Sequence record: NC_047713.1
Direction: 5' to 3' (one strand)
DNA length: 64,000 bases
The notes below the pieces were generated by a model that searched no databases, was not told the origin of the DNA, and saw only the letters and a list, made by a program, of their open reading frames with translations. Each line of letters opens with the position of its first letter. The stretch's first letter is position 1. Below, one piece after another: positions 28,562 through 37,941 of this stretch. Made by a program: the position numbers and the translations under genes.

Positions 28562-29206
28562 TTGGATTCCAATAAGAGATCGATTATTAGAAAACTAGCA
28601 GCTATTGCTGCGATTGGCTTCGTGGGTATTCCCGCTGGAGCTGGTCTAATCCCTACTCTAGAACAGTTTCAAGAAGAAAATGGATATGGTACTGAGGAAG
28701 TAGTAGAGGATACAACTGAAGAGGTAGTAGAAGAAGTAGCAATGACAAGGCGTTGGGTTCTCCCCAATGGAACACATAATGAGAAGATAGTACTCAGTGC
28801 CCTACAGGATAGGGGTATTACTGATAAAGTTGCCCTAGCAGTTGTTTTAGGTAACATCAAACAGGAGTCACGATTCCATTCCAATATCTGTGAGGGTGGT
28901 GCAAGAGTTAACTATCATGGTTGTAGATATGGTGGTTATGGTCTTATCCAATGGACTACTTCAGATAGATATAGAGGACTTGGACACTACGCTTCTAGGA
29001 TTGGTGGTGATCCTTCCAGTGTAGAAACTCAGGTTGGATATATCTTCAGAGAGAGGCAGTGGTTAGATATTGAATCATCCCTCAAAAGGAATGGTCATAG
29101 TGTTGGTTACTACATGAATAAGGCATATTATTGGTTAGGATGGGGTCACCATGGAGCCAGAACCCACTACTCACATGACTATGCTGCTCGTCTCATCTTT
29201 AAATAA
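28562..29206 (+). CDS. Phage tail-lysozyme-like protein with signal peptide
   Basis: LAVVLGNIKQES..GYGLIQWT..R; hydrophobic N-terminus; no ATG start (TTG or ATT). Confidence 0.7.
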   Translation: MDSNKRSIIRKLAAIAAIGFVGIPAGAGLIPTLEQFQEENGYGTEEVVEDTTEEVVEEVAMTRRWVLPNGTHNEKIVLSALQDRGITDKVALAVVLGNIKQESRFHSNICEGGARVNYHGCRYGGYGLIQWTTSDRYRGLGHYASRIGGDPSSVETQVGYIFRERQWLDIESSLKRNGHSVGYYMNKAYYWLGWGHHGARTHYSHDYAARLIFK

Positions 29207-29220
29207 ATAGATGAAACCCA

Positions 29221-29619
29221 ATGAAAGTCCCAGAGTTTAAGGTTAGTTTTCAGTTTGGTAAGAAGAAGAAACACCCTCTCCGTTTGTATGTTATAGGGGC
29301 AGTGTTGAGCTTCATTATCGACATGTTGCACACCTTTATGAGGATTCCCTCAAAAGACCTCTGGGCTTTGGTTGACGAATTGGGAAAAGAGTTTAGAATA
29401 GAGGACATCAATGAGCTCGTTTTGAATAGTCCCGAACTACTACAGGCTAGAATCGAACGAGAAGTTGATGGGGCGATTGATGATCATCTCAAAGAAACAG
29501 GTCATAAAGACCCAGAGATTGAATCAGTATTCACCGAAACACTAGAGGGAGAAACACCCTTGGGTGGTGAAATGAGAATCCGCGGTAAGTGGGTTCCTGA
29601 AAATATGGAGGACCAATGA
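29221..29619 (+). CDS. Hypothetical protein
   Basis: ORF track; ATAAATA upstream. Confidence 0.7.
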   Translation: MKVPEFKVSFQFGKKKKHPLRLYVIGAVLSFIIDMLHTFMRIPSKDLWALVDELGKEFRIEDINELVLNSPELLQARIEREVDGAIDDHLKETGHKDPEIESVFTETLEGETPLGGEMRIRGKWVPENMEDQ

Positions 29620-29777
29620 AACGCTACAATAAAGTATTGAAACTCATCCGCGAGTCTCTTCGCAACCCAGGAGCATATTCTGAGGAAGAAATCACATACA
29701 TGAGAGAGCAACTCAAACTACTGGAAGGTGAGAAGGAGACCGTCAAGAAGGAGAAGAATCGTGGATTTGGATCTTAA
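29616..29777 (+). CDS. Small hypothetical protein (53 aa, ends KNRGFGS)
   Basis: Hand-translated; ATGA overlap and GGAGG RBS. Confidence 0.6.
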   Translation: MKRYNKVLKLIRESLRNPGAYSEEEITYMREQLKLLEGEKETVKKEKNRGFGS

Positions 29778-30207
29778 ATTCATTGGAGATGAGTGTCTTA
29801 GGAAACCATCAGTAAATGTTGAAGATATCACAGAGGATGTGGTAACTTTATCCAAGGCAATGAAACAGAAGATGGTTGAGTGTAATGGTATTGGTCTAGC
29901 AGCCCCACAGGTTGGTAGGAATATCAGACTTATAGTTGTGCGACTAATGTGTGGTATGACTGTGGAGATGATTAATCCACGCATCAGTTGGACTTCTGAT
30001 GACAGATGCATACTTGATGAAGGTTGTCTTAGTATCCCTGGAAAAACACACCCTGTTGAGAGGTATAAATCCATCAGAGTTAAATTTCAGGACATTACAG
30101 GACAACATAAATATTGGAAATTATCTAAGATGGACGCACGAGTGGTTCTACATGAGTATGATCATTTGGAAGGTTTATTGATGGTTGATTACCAGAAGAC
30201 TGGTTAA
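29761..30207 (+). CDS. def: Peptide deformylase
   Basis: All three motifs: GIGLAAPQVG, EGCLS, HEYDH; likely GTG start at 29761. Confidence 0.93.
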   Translation: MDLDLKFIGDECLRKPSVNVEDITEDVVTLSKAMKQKMVECNGIGLAAPQVGRNIRLIVVRLMCGMTVEMINPRISWTSDDRCILDEGCLSIPGKTHPVERYKSIRVKFQDITGQHKYWKLSKMDARVVLHEYDHLEGLLMVDYQKTG

Positions 30208-30223
30208 CTTTATAGTATTAACA

Positions 30224-30415
30224 ATGATTATGAAAACGAAGAGAGAGCGTCTTGAAGATGTCATTATGGAATATCTAGATGAAGAATACTCGTCTCGACG
30301 TATCTACGAAGAATTCTTATCAGTAATGATGAATGAATGTCAAGGTAGGGAGGAGGCATCTAAGAAAGCCTTAGAACTTAGAGACTTGATGTTAGGTGAT
30401 AGACCTGTATTTTAA
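30224..30415 (+). CDS. Hypothetical protein
   Basis: Track ORF trimmed to the first ATG. Confidence 0.6.
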   Translation: MIMKTKRERLEDVIMEYLDEEYSSRRIYEEFLSVMMNECQGREEASKKALELRDLMLGDRPVF

Positions 30416-30433
30416 CAAAGGAGATTATCAATT

Positions 30434-30745
30434 ATGACTAAAGAAGTTAGCGATTTGAAACTCACACGACTTGAGTGTGTGAAGTGTGGCGCCACTTGGA
30501 TCAATGGTAATCATGTATGGAAGACTGGTAATACTGGAAGTGAAACCGATCTAGCTGGGTTAGTTTGCAATAAACTAGGTGATGACGATTGCATCAACCC
30601 CCTAAGGGGTGCTGAGACAGGTGACACTTGGGAACAACGCCTTGGTGACCTGGATACTGGATTCAATGCAAGGAGAGAGCGTCTAGAAGACCAGAGAGCA
30701 AGGTTCAAAGAACAATATGGGGAAGACCCTCACTTTGACGATTGA
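30434..30745 (+). CDS. Conserved cyanophage hypothetical protein (Cys-rich)
   Basis: ECVKCGATW..LAGLVCN..CINP; AGGAG RBS. Confidence 0.75.
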   Translation: MTKEVSDLKLTRLECVKCGATWINGNHVWKTGNTGSETDLAGLVCNKLGDDDCINPLRGAETGDTWEQRLGDLDTGFNARRERLEDQRARFKEQYGEDPHFDD

Positions 30746-30791
30746 GGAAGTGGCACACCCCCTAGGCAAACCTATGGGGATGCGTTATAAT
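30735..30791 (+). promoter_or_regulatory. Sigma70-like promoter with a 23-bp upstream element
   Basis: TTGACGATTGAGGAAGTGGCACA, 5 nt, TAGGCA, 17 nt, TATAAT. Confidence 0.6.
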
Positions 30792-30813
30792 ATGAAGGTA
30801 ATCAACCAGAGAG

Positions 30814-31029
30814 ATGACACAGCTTAAAACAAAGTTCCGCAGGTATATCGGTGTTCTCACTGAAGCCGTATCTCGTTCCATCGAGTTAGACTACTCACAA
30901 CCCAAACTCTATAAGAAGGTCCGAAGGTTCTATGAGGAACAGGGAGTCTCCTTCACTGGAGACGAGGTAGATGACTACCAAATTGTTATGGATTGTTTAA
31001 CTGAAGATCTAGTAAAGGAGCCAGTATGA
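30814..31029 (+). CDS. Hypothetical protein
   Basis: ORF track. Confidence 0.7.
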   Translation: MTQLKTKFRRYIGVLTEAVSRSIELDYSQPKLYKKVRRFYEEQGVSFTGDEVDDYQIVMDCLTEDLVKEPV

Positions 31030-31262
31030 AGACTATTCTTGAGAGAGAAGGTTTCCGTTTTATTGAGAAAGGTATTATCGAACTCAATGGAATGCCAGAC
31101 TACCGACTACAGAAACAAGATCACTATTCCCAAAGATGGAATGATGTATATCTCTTCGATAACAAGATGCAGTGTCTAACTGCTATGGAAGATATTGAAT
31201 ATTGCAAGTGGTTGTGTGGTGAGCCATGTTATGTTCGTGATGTTGTTGGTTCTTATTCGTAG
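31026..31262 (+). CDS. Conserved cyanophage hypothetical protein
   Basis: ORF track; ATGA overlap. Confidence 0.7.
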   Translation: MKTILEREGFRFIEKGIIELNGMPDYRLQKQDHYSQRWNDVYLFDNKMQCLTAMEDIEYCKWLCGEPCYVRDVVGSYS

Positions 31263-31496
31263 ATGAAAACCACATCCTTCCTAAGGTATCTTGGAAATAC
31301 CTTACTAGTGTTGGGTCATTTCACACTCCTTTGGGGAGATACACAGACCGCCTTGACTATCAAAATCATAGGTGGTCTTTCTTTGTTACCCTTTGCCATC
31401 TCCTGGAAGTTGTGGGATGTTGTGGCACTTGAGTTAATATTTGGAGGTATGGATGTAACCAAGTTCATCCAACTCTTGTTTCTCTCTTCAAGATAA
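31263..31496 (+). CDS. Small membrane protein
   Basis: Hydrophobic ORF. Confidence 0.65.
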   Translation: MKTTSFLRYLGNTLLVLGHFTLLWGDTQTALTIKIIGGLSLLPFAISWKLWDVVALELIFGGMDVTKFIQLLFLSSR

Positions 31497-31521
31497 AAAG
31501 AGAGTGGTGCGCCGGCTCCTT

Positions 31522-31548
31522 ACCACCTCCTCATGGGGGTGGTTTTTT
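31522..31548 (+). terminator. Rho-independent terminator
   Basis: ACCACCTCC-tcat-GGGGGTGGT plus T-run. Confidence 0.75.
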
Positions 31549-31581
31549 ATTGCTTATAACTAGTGTAACTTGGGTTACATT

Positions 31582-31878
31582 ATGAAAGCCGACGCACAAC
31601 TAGAACACCACGCCAATTGTTGGAATGCTATTCGAAACAATGATAAGGAATACTTTAAGATAGGAGTTGGTGTTTATAAAACCATCAACGCTGACAGGGA
31701 ATACTATATCAATAGTCGTATTGAAACTGATAAGAAGAGTGATATATCAGAAATGGATCAAGTGAAAGAAGCCCACTCTAAACACTTAAGTTACTTCATT
31801 GGATACAAATCAGAAGTAACAGTTGAAGCTATCAGTAGTGATTGGAAATCTACATTATACCGGGTTACTACCTGCTAG
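31582..31878 (+). CDS. Hypothetical protein
   Basis: Track ORF trimmed to ATG. Confidence 0.6.
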   Translation: MKADAQLEHHANCWNAIRNNDKEYFKIGVGVYKTINADREYYINSRIETDKKSDISEMDQVKEAHSKHLSYFIGYKSEVTVEAISSDWKSTLYRVTTC

Positions 31879-31910
31879 GGTGTGTTATAATAGATGAAAT
31901 GCATGTTGTG

Positions 31911-32909
31911 ATGAAAGCTTTAATCTCTGGAATTACAGGTCAAGATGGATCCTATCTTGCTGAACTTCTACTTAAGAAGGGGTATGAAGTCCATGGTATT
32001 ATTCGTAGAACCTCCTCGTTTAATACAGGAAGAATTGATCATATCTTTGACCGAATACACCTCCACTACGGGGATTTGACTGACTCCCTGAACATAGTCT
32101 CTATCATTAAGGAAGTAGAACCTGATGAGATCTACAACCTAGGGGCACAGAGTCATGTGAAGGTATCATTCGAGATCCCTGAATACACTGCACAAACAGA
32201 CGCTCTGGGAACTCTACGAGTATTGGAAGCAGTCCGTCTCCTAGGTATGGAGAATAGAGTTCGTATCTATCAGGCTTCCACTAGTGAGTTGTATGGATTA
32301 GTTCAGGCAGTTCCACAGAAAGAAGATACCCCATTCTATCCACGATCCCCATATGGTGTAGCGAAACTCTATGGTTACTGGATTATAAAGAACTACAGAG
32401 AGAGTTATGGGATGCACGCTAGTAGTGGTATCCTATTCAATCATGAGTCGCCACGACGGGGTGAGACCTTTGTAACTCGTAAGATTACTAGGGCACTCTC
32501 TCGTATCAGTACAGGACTACAAGATGTTCTCTACCTAGGTAACCTAAACGCCAAGAGGGACTGGGGACACGCAGAGGACTTTGTAGAGGCTATGTGGTTG
32601 ATGCTCCAACAGGATAAACCTGATGACTATGTGATTGCCACCGGGGAACAATACTCAGTTCGTGAATTTGTAGAGGCATCTGCTGAATACTTTGGTATGA
32701 AGATTGAGTGGCAGGGTGAGGGATTAGATGAAGTGGGTATAGATAGATTCACTAAGAAAGTCGTTGTTCGTGTCAGCGATAAGTATTTCCGTCCAGCAGA
32801 AGTTGAGTCTCTCTGGGGAGATCCTACCAAGGCTAAAGAGGTATTAGGTTGGGAACCTAAGCATACCTTTAGTTCTTTGGTTGAAGATATGTGTATTTAC
32901 GGTCAGTGA
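31911..32909 (+). CDS. gmd: GDP-mannose 4,6-dehydratase
   Basis: [43 protein letters not shown]. Confidence 0.95.
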   Translation: MKALISGITGQDGSYLAELLLKKGYEVHGIIRRTSSFNTGRIDHIFDRIHLHYGDLTDSLNIVSIIKEVEPDEIYNLGAQSHVKVSFEIPEYTAQTDALGTLRVLEAVRLLGMENRVRIYQASTSELYGLVQAVPQKEDTPFYPRSPYGVAKLYGYWIIKNYRESYGMHASSGILFNHESPRRGETFVTRKITRALSRISTGLQDVLYLGNLNAKRDWGHAEDFVEAMWLMLQQDKPDDYVIATGEQYSVREFVEASAEYFGMKIEWQGEGLDEVGIDRFTKKVVVRVSDKYFRPAEVESLWGDPTKAKEVLGWEPKHTFSSLVEDMCIYGQ

Positions 32910-32911
32910 TT

Positions 32912-33838
32912 ATGAAAAAGGGTTCAACGGTAGCAGTATTTGGTTCGGGTGGATTGGCTGGAAGTGCCATCACCAGGGCACTCAGGTGTTCCTTTATGGC
33001 ACATAAGATTCTTACCCCTAGGAGTAAGGAACTAGACCTAAGAGAACAGGCAGATGTTCGTAGTTGGTTTAAGGAGAACAAAGTTGATTATGTATTCTTA
33101 GCCGCCGCCCTAGTTGGTGGTATTATGGCTAACAAGACTAGAAAGGCAGAGTTCTTACACGACAACCTAATGATGCAGTGTAATGTAATTGACTCTGCAT
33201 ACTATAGTGGAGTAAAGAAACTCCTATTCTTAGGTACCTCTTGTATCTATCCAGCAGGAAGACACCATCCACTAGTGGAACATGAACTACTCACAGGACT
33301 ATTAGAACCAACCAATGACGCATACGCAATCGCAAAGATCGCAGGGATCAAACAATGTGACTTCTACCGAGAACAATATGGATTTGATGCTATCTCTATC
33401 ATGCCTCCTAATCTATATGGTCCTGGAGATAATTTCAATGAGGGATCAGGACATGTCCTCGCCTCATTGATGAATAGGTTTCACCTAGCGAAGGAAGCAG
33501 GTGCATCTAGAGTTGAATGTTGGGGTGATGGATCACCTATGAGGGAGTTTCTATATGTGGATGACTTAGCAGATGCTTCCTTATACTTTATGAATAGTTA
33601 TAGTGAGTCTGGGCACATTAATACTGGGACTGGTAGGGATGTAACTATCAAACAACTAGCGGAGACTATTGCTGATGTAGTTGGATACAAAGGTGAGATA
33701 GGTTGGGATACAACTAAACCCAACGGAAACCCAAGGAAACTACTTGACAGCAGTAGGGCAAACCTGTTAGGATGGGAACCCAAGGTTAAATTTGAAGACG
33801 GAATCAAACTCACATACAACTGGTATCTAGCACAATGA
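32912..33838 (+). CDS. fcl: GDP-4-keto-6-deoxy-sugar epimerase/reductase (Fcl/WcaG or ColC type)
   Basis: GSGGLAG, LGTSCIYP, YAIAK, PPNLYGPGDNF, GHVL. Confidence 0.88.
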   Translation: MKKGSTVAVFGSGGLAGSAITRALRCSFMAHKILTPRSKELDLREQADVRSWFKENKVDYVFLAAALVGGIMANKTRKAEFLHDNLMMQCNVIDSAYYSGVKKLLFLGTSCIYPAGRHHPLVEHELLTGLLEPTNDAYAIAKIAGIKQCDFYREQYGFDAISIMPPNLYGPGDNFNEGSGHVLASLMNRFHLAKEAGASRVECWGDGSPMREFLYVDDLADASLYFMNSYSESGHINTGTGRDVTIKQLAETIADVVGYKGEIGWDTTKPNGNPRKLLDSSRANLLGWEPKVKFEDGIKLTYNWYLAQ

Positions 33839-35028
33839 CAAAGATTACAAATGGATATACGTGGCCTCTTATGAAGGACACTGTGACCAAGAGAGATAGG
33901 TTGAGGATGGCAAAGTTTATCCTCACCAGTGATAGACTAACACAAGGTAAAGAAGTTCGTAAGTTTGAGGAGCAGTGGAGTGAGTGGCTTGGAGTTAAAC
34001 ATTCTCTTTTTGTTAGCAGTGGCAGTACCGTTAACCTACTTCTTGTGTCTGCTTGGAAGGAATTATACGAGATCCCAGACCAGTCGAAAGTAATTGTACC
34101 TGCTTGTACTTGGGTAACTAATGTTGCTCCTATCATCCAGTGTGGTTTGACTCCAATCTTTTGTGACATCAACTTAGAAGACTACTCCTTTGATCTGGAT
34201 AAACTACAGGATATTCGTGATGAATATCAAGATGACATTAGAGGTATCTTTGTTACTCACCTCCTAGGATTTCCTGCTAATGTGGAAAAGTTTCGTGATG
34301 TTTTCCCCGACGCTCATATTCTAGAAGATGTATGTGAGAGTCACGGAGCAGTCCTCCCTAGTGGTGATAAGGCGGGAACCTTTGATGTTGGTGGCACATT
34401 TAGTTTCTACTTTGGGCACCACATGACTACCATTGAAGGTGGTATGGTGAGTACTAATGATCCAGAACTCTATGATCTAATGAGAATGAAGCGTTCTCAT
34501 GGGTTAGCGAGAGAATCACTATACTTTGAAACATACAAAGAGAAGTATCCTGATGTAAATCCACAGTTTCTCTTCGTTACTGAGGGATATAACTTCCGTA
34601 ATACTGATCTAGCTGCTGTATTAGGACAGTCTCAACTGAAGAGACTAGACAGTATGATTGGGATTCGTAACAGGAACTATGAGTTATACCAACAATTACT
34701 AAAGAAACACGAACATGACCTTACACATGAGTATGGTGGTTCTTTCTATATCCCCTCCACACAGGGGGATGTAAGTAGTTTCTGTTTTCCATTTGTAGTT
34801 GATAATATGCACTGTTATCTTAAGTTAAAAGAACTTCTAGAAGAATACTATGTTGAGTATCGACCTATTGTGAGTGGTAACCTCCTACGACAACCATTCT
34901 TGAGAGAATATTCTGCTGAGTGTCCCAAGGCAGATATAGCCCATGAAAAGGGACTATATATTGGGAATAATCACTTTGTAGATGAGTCTAACTTTCACAT
35001 GTTAGATGAGATTTTGAGCCAACTTTGA
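33835..35028 (+). CDS. PLP-dependent DegT-family enzyme, ColD-type GDP-4-keto-6-deoxymannose 3-dehydratase
   Basis: VSSGSTVNLL, EDVCESHG, GTFSFYFGHHMTTIEGG (His where aminotransferases have the PLP Lys); no E1-type Fe-S Cys cluster. Confidence 0.75.
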   Translation: MTKITNGYTWPLMKDTVTKRDRLRMAKFILTSDRLTQGKEVRKFEEQWSEWLGVKHSLFVSSGSTVNLLLVSAWKELYEIPDQSKVIVPACTWVTNVAPIIQCGLTPIFCDINLEDYSFDLDKLQDIRDEYQDDIRGIFVTHLLGFPANVEKFRDVFPDAHILEDVCESHGAVLPSGDKAGTFDVGGTFSFYFGHHMTTIEGGMVSTNDPELYDLMRMKRSHGLARESLYFETYKEKYPDVNPQFLFVTEGYNFRNTDLAAVLGQSQLKRLDSMIGIRNRNYELYQQLLKKHEHDLTHEYGGSFYIPSTQGDVSSFCFPFVVDNMHCYLKLKELLEEYYVEYRPIVSGNLLRQPFLREYSAECPKADIAHEKGLYIGNNHFVDESNFHMLDEILSQL

Positions 35029-35029
35029 T

Positions 35030-35824
35030 ATGACATTTTCATTTAATCATATGGGCAACTTGGGGCATCTGGGAAACCAGATGTTTCAGTATGCCGCACT
35101 CATTGGTATGGGGGCTAAGCATGGGAGGAGTATTTGTATCCCCCATAAACAAAGTTTTGGGCAATCATACTACCAAGAACTTCGTAGTAATATCTACGAT
35201 GCCTTCAACCTCTCACCTAATGGTGTAGGTATCAGTAGGTTCCCCACAGTTCAGGAAGGTAGTTTCCACTTTGATGAGAACTTATTTGAGAACCCACCAG
35301 ATGAGAACTGTAACCTCTATGGATTCTTCCAGAGTGAAAAGTGGTTCTCACATATCAAAGAAGGTATTAAGAAAGAGTTCACTCTAAAGGATGAATACCG
35401 GGAAGTGGCACAACTGATGAGAGAACAACTCTCTGGTCAGGTTGTTGCTATTCATGTTCGTAGAACTGACTACCTATCCAATCCAAACCACGGAGCATTG
35501 GGTTTAGATTACTATGAGAAGGCACTGGAGTTGGTTCCTAATAACCTTACAGTAGTTGTATTCACTGATGATCCAGAGTGGGCTAAAGAACAACCACTCT
35601 TTCCAGATGATAGGTTCTTTGTATCAGAGACAGACTGTCCCTATACAGACCTTGCTCTTATGAGTATGTGTGATTATCATATTATTGCCAACAGTTCATA
35701 CTCTTGGTGGGGTGCATACTTATCTGATAGTAAGAAAGTAATTGCTCCTAAACAGTGGTTTGGGGAACCACTTAAAACAAATAACCTGAAAGATCTTTAT
35801 TGTGATGGGTGGGTGAAACTATGA
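35030..35824 (+). CDS. GT11 alpha-1,2-fucosyltransferase-like glycosyltransferase
   Basis: GHLGNQMFQYA, FFQSEKWF, AIHVRRTDY, IIANSSYSWWGAYL. Confidence 0.9.
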   Translation: MTFSFNHMGNLGHLGNQMFQYAALIGMGAKHGRSICIPHKQSFGQSYYQELRSNIYDAFNLSPNGVGISRFPTVQEGSFHFDENLFENPPDENCNLYGFFQSEKWFSHIKEGIKKEFTLKDEYREVAQLMREQLSGQVVAIHVRRTDYLSNPNHGALGLDYYEKALELVPNNLTVVVFTDDPEWAKEQPLFPDDRFFVSETDCPYTDLALMSMCDYHIIANSSYSWWGAYLSDSKKVIAPKQWFGEPLKTNNLKDLYCDGWVKL

Positions 35825-36444
35825 GTAACTTTGCAAGTGCTAAACAGTTTATCAAGAATGGTATTGATACACAACAGGAGTCTATCTCTGGTGGTGGCAG
35901 CACTATGGCTTCCACAGTTGCCTTCAGATACTTCCTACCAAAGTATATCAAACAGTATGGTATTGAGAGTATCTTAGACATTGGGTGTGGTGACTGGCAT
36001 TGGATGTCTACTATCAGAGAAGAGTTTCCTGATGTAGACTATGAGGGATGGGATGCCTCTGAGGATATGATTAATCCCATGACTGAGAAGTATGGAACAG
36101 AGAATACCAGGTTTGAGGTAAAGGATATCATTGATAACAAGTATCCCAAAGTGGATTTGGTTATCGCTCGTGATGTTCTATTCCACCTCAAAGAGGATTA
36201 CCTACAGAAGGTTCTCAAGAATATCAGTAAGGCGGGTGTGAAGTATCTACTAGCAACTACCTTTCCAGGTTTACCTAAGAACGAAGAACTCACTCCTAAG
36301 AAATATGACGGTTGGGGATTCAGACCAATCAATCTGGATATCGAGCCTTATAATATGAAAGATTATTGTATTAATGATTTCAAGGAAACCACAGCTCCCA
36401 ACAGAGGGTATCATCGTCATGTGTATTTGTATGAGGTAAAATGA
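35821..36444 (+). CDS. Class I SAM-dependent methyltransferase
   Basis: ILDIGCGDW, YEGWD, DLVIARDVLFHL. Confidence 0.85.
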   Translation: MSNFASAKQFIKNGIDTQQESISGGGSTMASTVAFRYFLPKYIKQYGIESILDIGCGDWHWMSTIREEFPDVDYEGWDASEDMINPMTEKYGTENTRFEVKDIIDNKYPKVDLVIARDVLFHLKEDYLQKVLKNISKAGVKYLLATTFPGLPKNEELTPKKYDGWGFRPINLDIEPYNMKDYCINDFKETTAPNRGYHRHVYLYEVK

Positions 36445-36593
36445 AGATCGAAATTGAACTCTCTAAAGATGTAGAATACAAAGGAGAGAAACTAGGTGAG
36501 TATATCTGGAACCTAGAAGAGGGAATTAATCATGTTACTGGTTTTGGTGATTCACTTGAGGAATGTTTTAAGGAAATTGTGAGGTTTAGATGA
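36441..36593 (+). CDS. Small hypothetical protein (50 aa)
   Basis: Hand-translated; ATGA overlaps on both sides. Confidence 0.55.
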   Translation: MKIEIELSKDVEYKGEKLGEYIWNLEEGINHVTGFGDSLEECFKEIVRFR

Positions 36594-37321
36594 AGAAAGT
36601 AGCTATTATCTTTATTGGAACTGGTAGATACCTAGAGTTTCTACCAAAGTATTATGAACAGGCAGAAGCAAACCTCTTCCCCGACAGACCCAAACACTAC
36701 TATGTGTTTACTGATGGTGACTTAGGTAATGAACTACCTGATAATGTAACTGTATACGAACAGGAACACCTTCAATGGCCATACATCACCCTCTATCGTT
36801 TCGGTATTATCCAGAAACACCTAGAGGAGATTGAGAAGGAGTGTGGTTTCCTACTCTTTATGGATGCTGATACACAGGTAGTATCCCCTGTATCGTTTGA
36901 TGAAGTATTCAGGAAGGGAAAACCCTATACAGGTGTTCATCACCCCTGCCACGCCCTGAATATGCCACCACACAATGAGTTTCCTGGTAGTCTAGAAACT
37001 AATACAGCATCCAAGGCAGCATGTAAACCTGGTGATGACTTCTCTGTATATTGGCAAGGTTGTGTATGGGGTGGAAACATAAAGGGTGCTCGTAAGATTA
37101 TTGATACTCTCCACCACAGAACTAAACAAGATGAGGAGAATGGAATCATTGCCAAGTGGCATGATGAAAGTCATATCAATAGATACTTCCTTGATAACAA
37201 AGATAAGGTGAATACCCTATCACCTAGTTTCGCATACCCAGAGTCCTTCACTGAGTATATGGAAGACTACGAACCTAAGATTGTACACCTAGCAAAAGAG
37301 AATTCTAAGTATCAGGTATGA
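36590..37321 (+). CDS. GT6 (ABO-like alpha-1,3-Gal/GalNAc transferase) family glycosyltransferase
   Basis: FIGTGRY, YYVFTD, WPYITLYRF, FMDAD (DXD), YWQGCVWGG, WHDESHINRYF. Confidence 0.88.
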   Translation: MKKVAIIFIGTGRYLEFLPKYYEQAEANLFPDRPKHYYVFTDGDLGNELPDNVTVYEQEHLQWPYITLYRFGIIQKHLEEIEKECGFLLFMDADTQVVSPVSFDEVFRKGKPYTGVHHPCHALNMPPHNEFPGSLETNTASKAACKPGDDFSVYWQGCVWGGNIKGARKIIDTLHHRTKQDEENGIIAKWHDESHINRYFLDNKDKVNTLSPSFAYPESFTEYMEDYEPKIVHLAKENSKYQV

Positions 37322-37941
37322 GTTACTTCACAGATTATGACAACGAATTCACAGTATTTGAGGCACCAAAGAACGGGGGAACTACTCTCCGTCTTTGGAT
37401 ATACTACGCAGGAACAGGGGAGTTGGTGAAGTCAGCGGAGTCTGAATACTACGCTGGAACTGGTGAAACATACAAACAACTCCAAGAGTGGGGTTATGTG
37501 AATGGGGAATATGAGAACCCTAAGACTCAGATGGTATGTATCAAGAGGGACCCTGTAGATAGGTTTGTAAGTGCCTTCTATGATAAGGTAATCAAAGAGG
37601 GGAGAATCAAAGTAACCATCGATGAGTTTCTCTCAAACTATGAAGAGATACTTGATAAGTCTACCCTCAAGATGAATGATGGTAAGACTAACTTCATGAA
37701 GTTTCACTTTGAGTCACAGACATATCACTTTGGTAAAGATAGAGATCTATATCATAAGGTCTTTGATATCTCAGAGGTCGGTACTGGTTTGAAGAAGTAT
37801 CTGGAGGGTAAGTGGAATATAGAACTACCTGATGTCCATGCTAGAAATAGTGGTGGTGGTCGGAAGTTTGATCTCTCCAGGGGACAACTGAATAAGGTGA
37901 AGGAAATCTACACACAGGACTATTATAATGGCTGGTACTGA
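37318..37941 (+). CDS. Sulfotransferase family 2 protein
   Basis: PKNGGTT 5'-PSB-like and RDPVDRFVSAF 3'-PB motifs. Confidence 0.75.
   Translation: MSYFTDYDNEFTVFEAPKNGGTTLRLWIYYAGTGELVKSAESEYYAGTGETYKQLQEWGYVNGEYENPKTQMVCIKRDPVDRFVSAFYDKVIKEGRIKVTIDEFLSNYEEILDKSTLKMNDGKTNFMKFHFESQTYHFGKDRDLYHKVFDISEVGTGLKKYLEGKWNIELPDVHARNSGGGRKFDLSRGQLNKVKEIYTQDYYNGWY

Noticed and set aside
29728-29760. Arg-rich N-terminus (MRRRPSRRRR) on peptide deformylase
   Set aside because: It is a frame overlap with the upstream 53-aa gene; the GTG at 29761 fits the PDF N-terminus.
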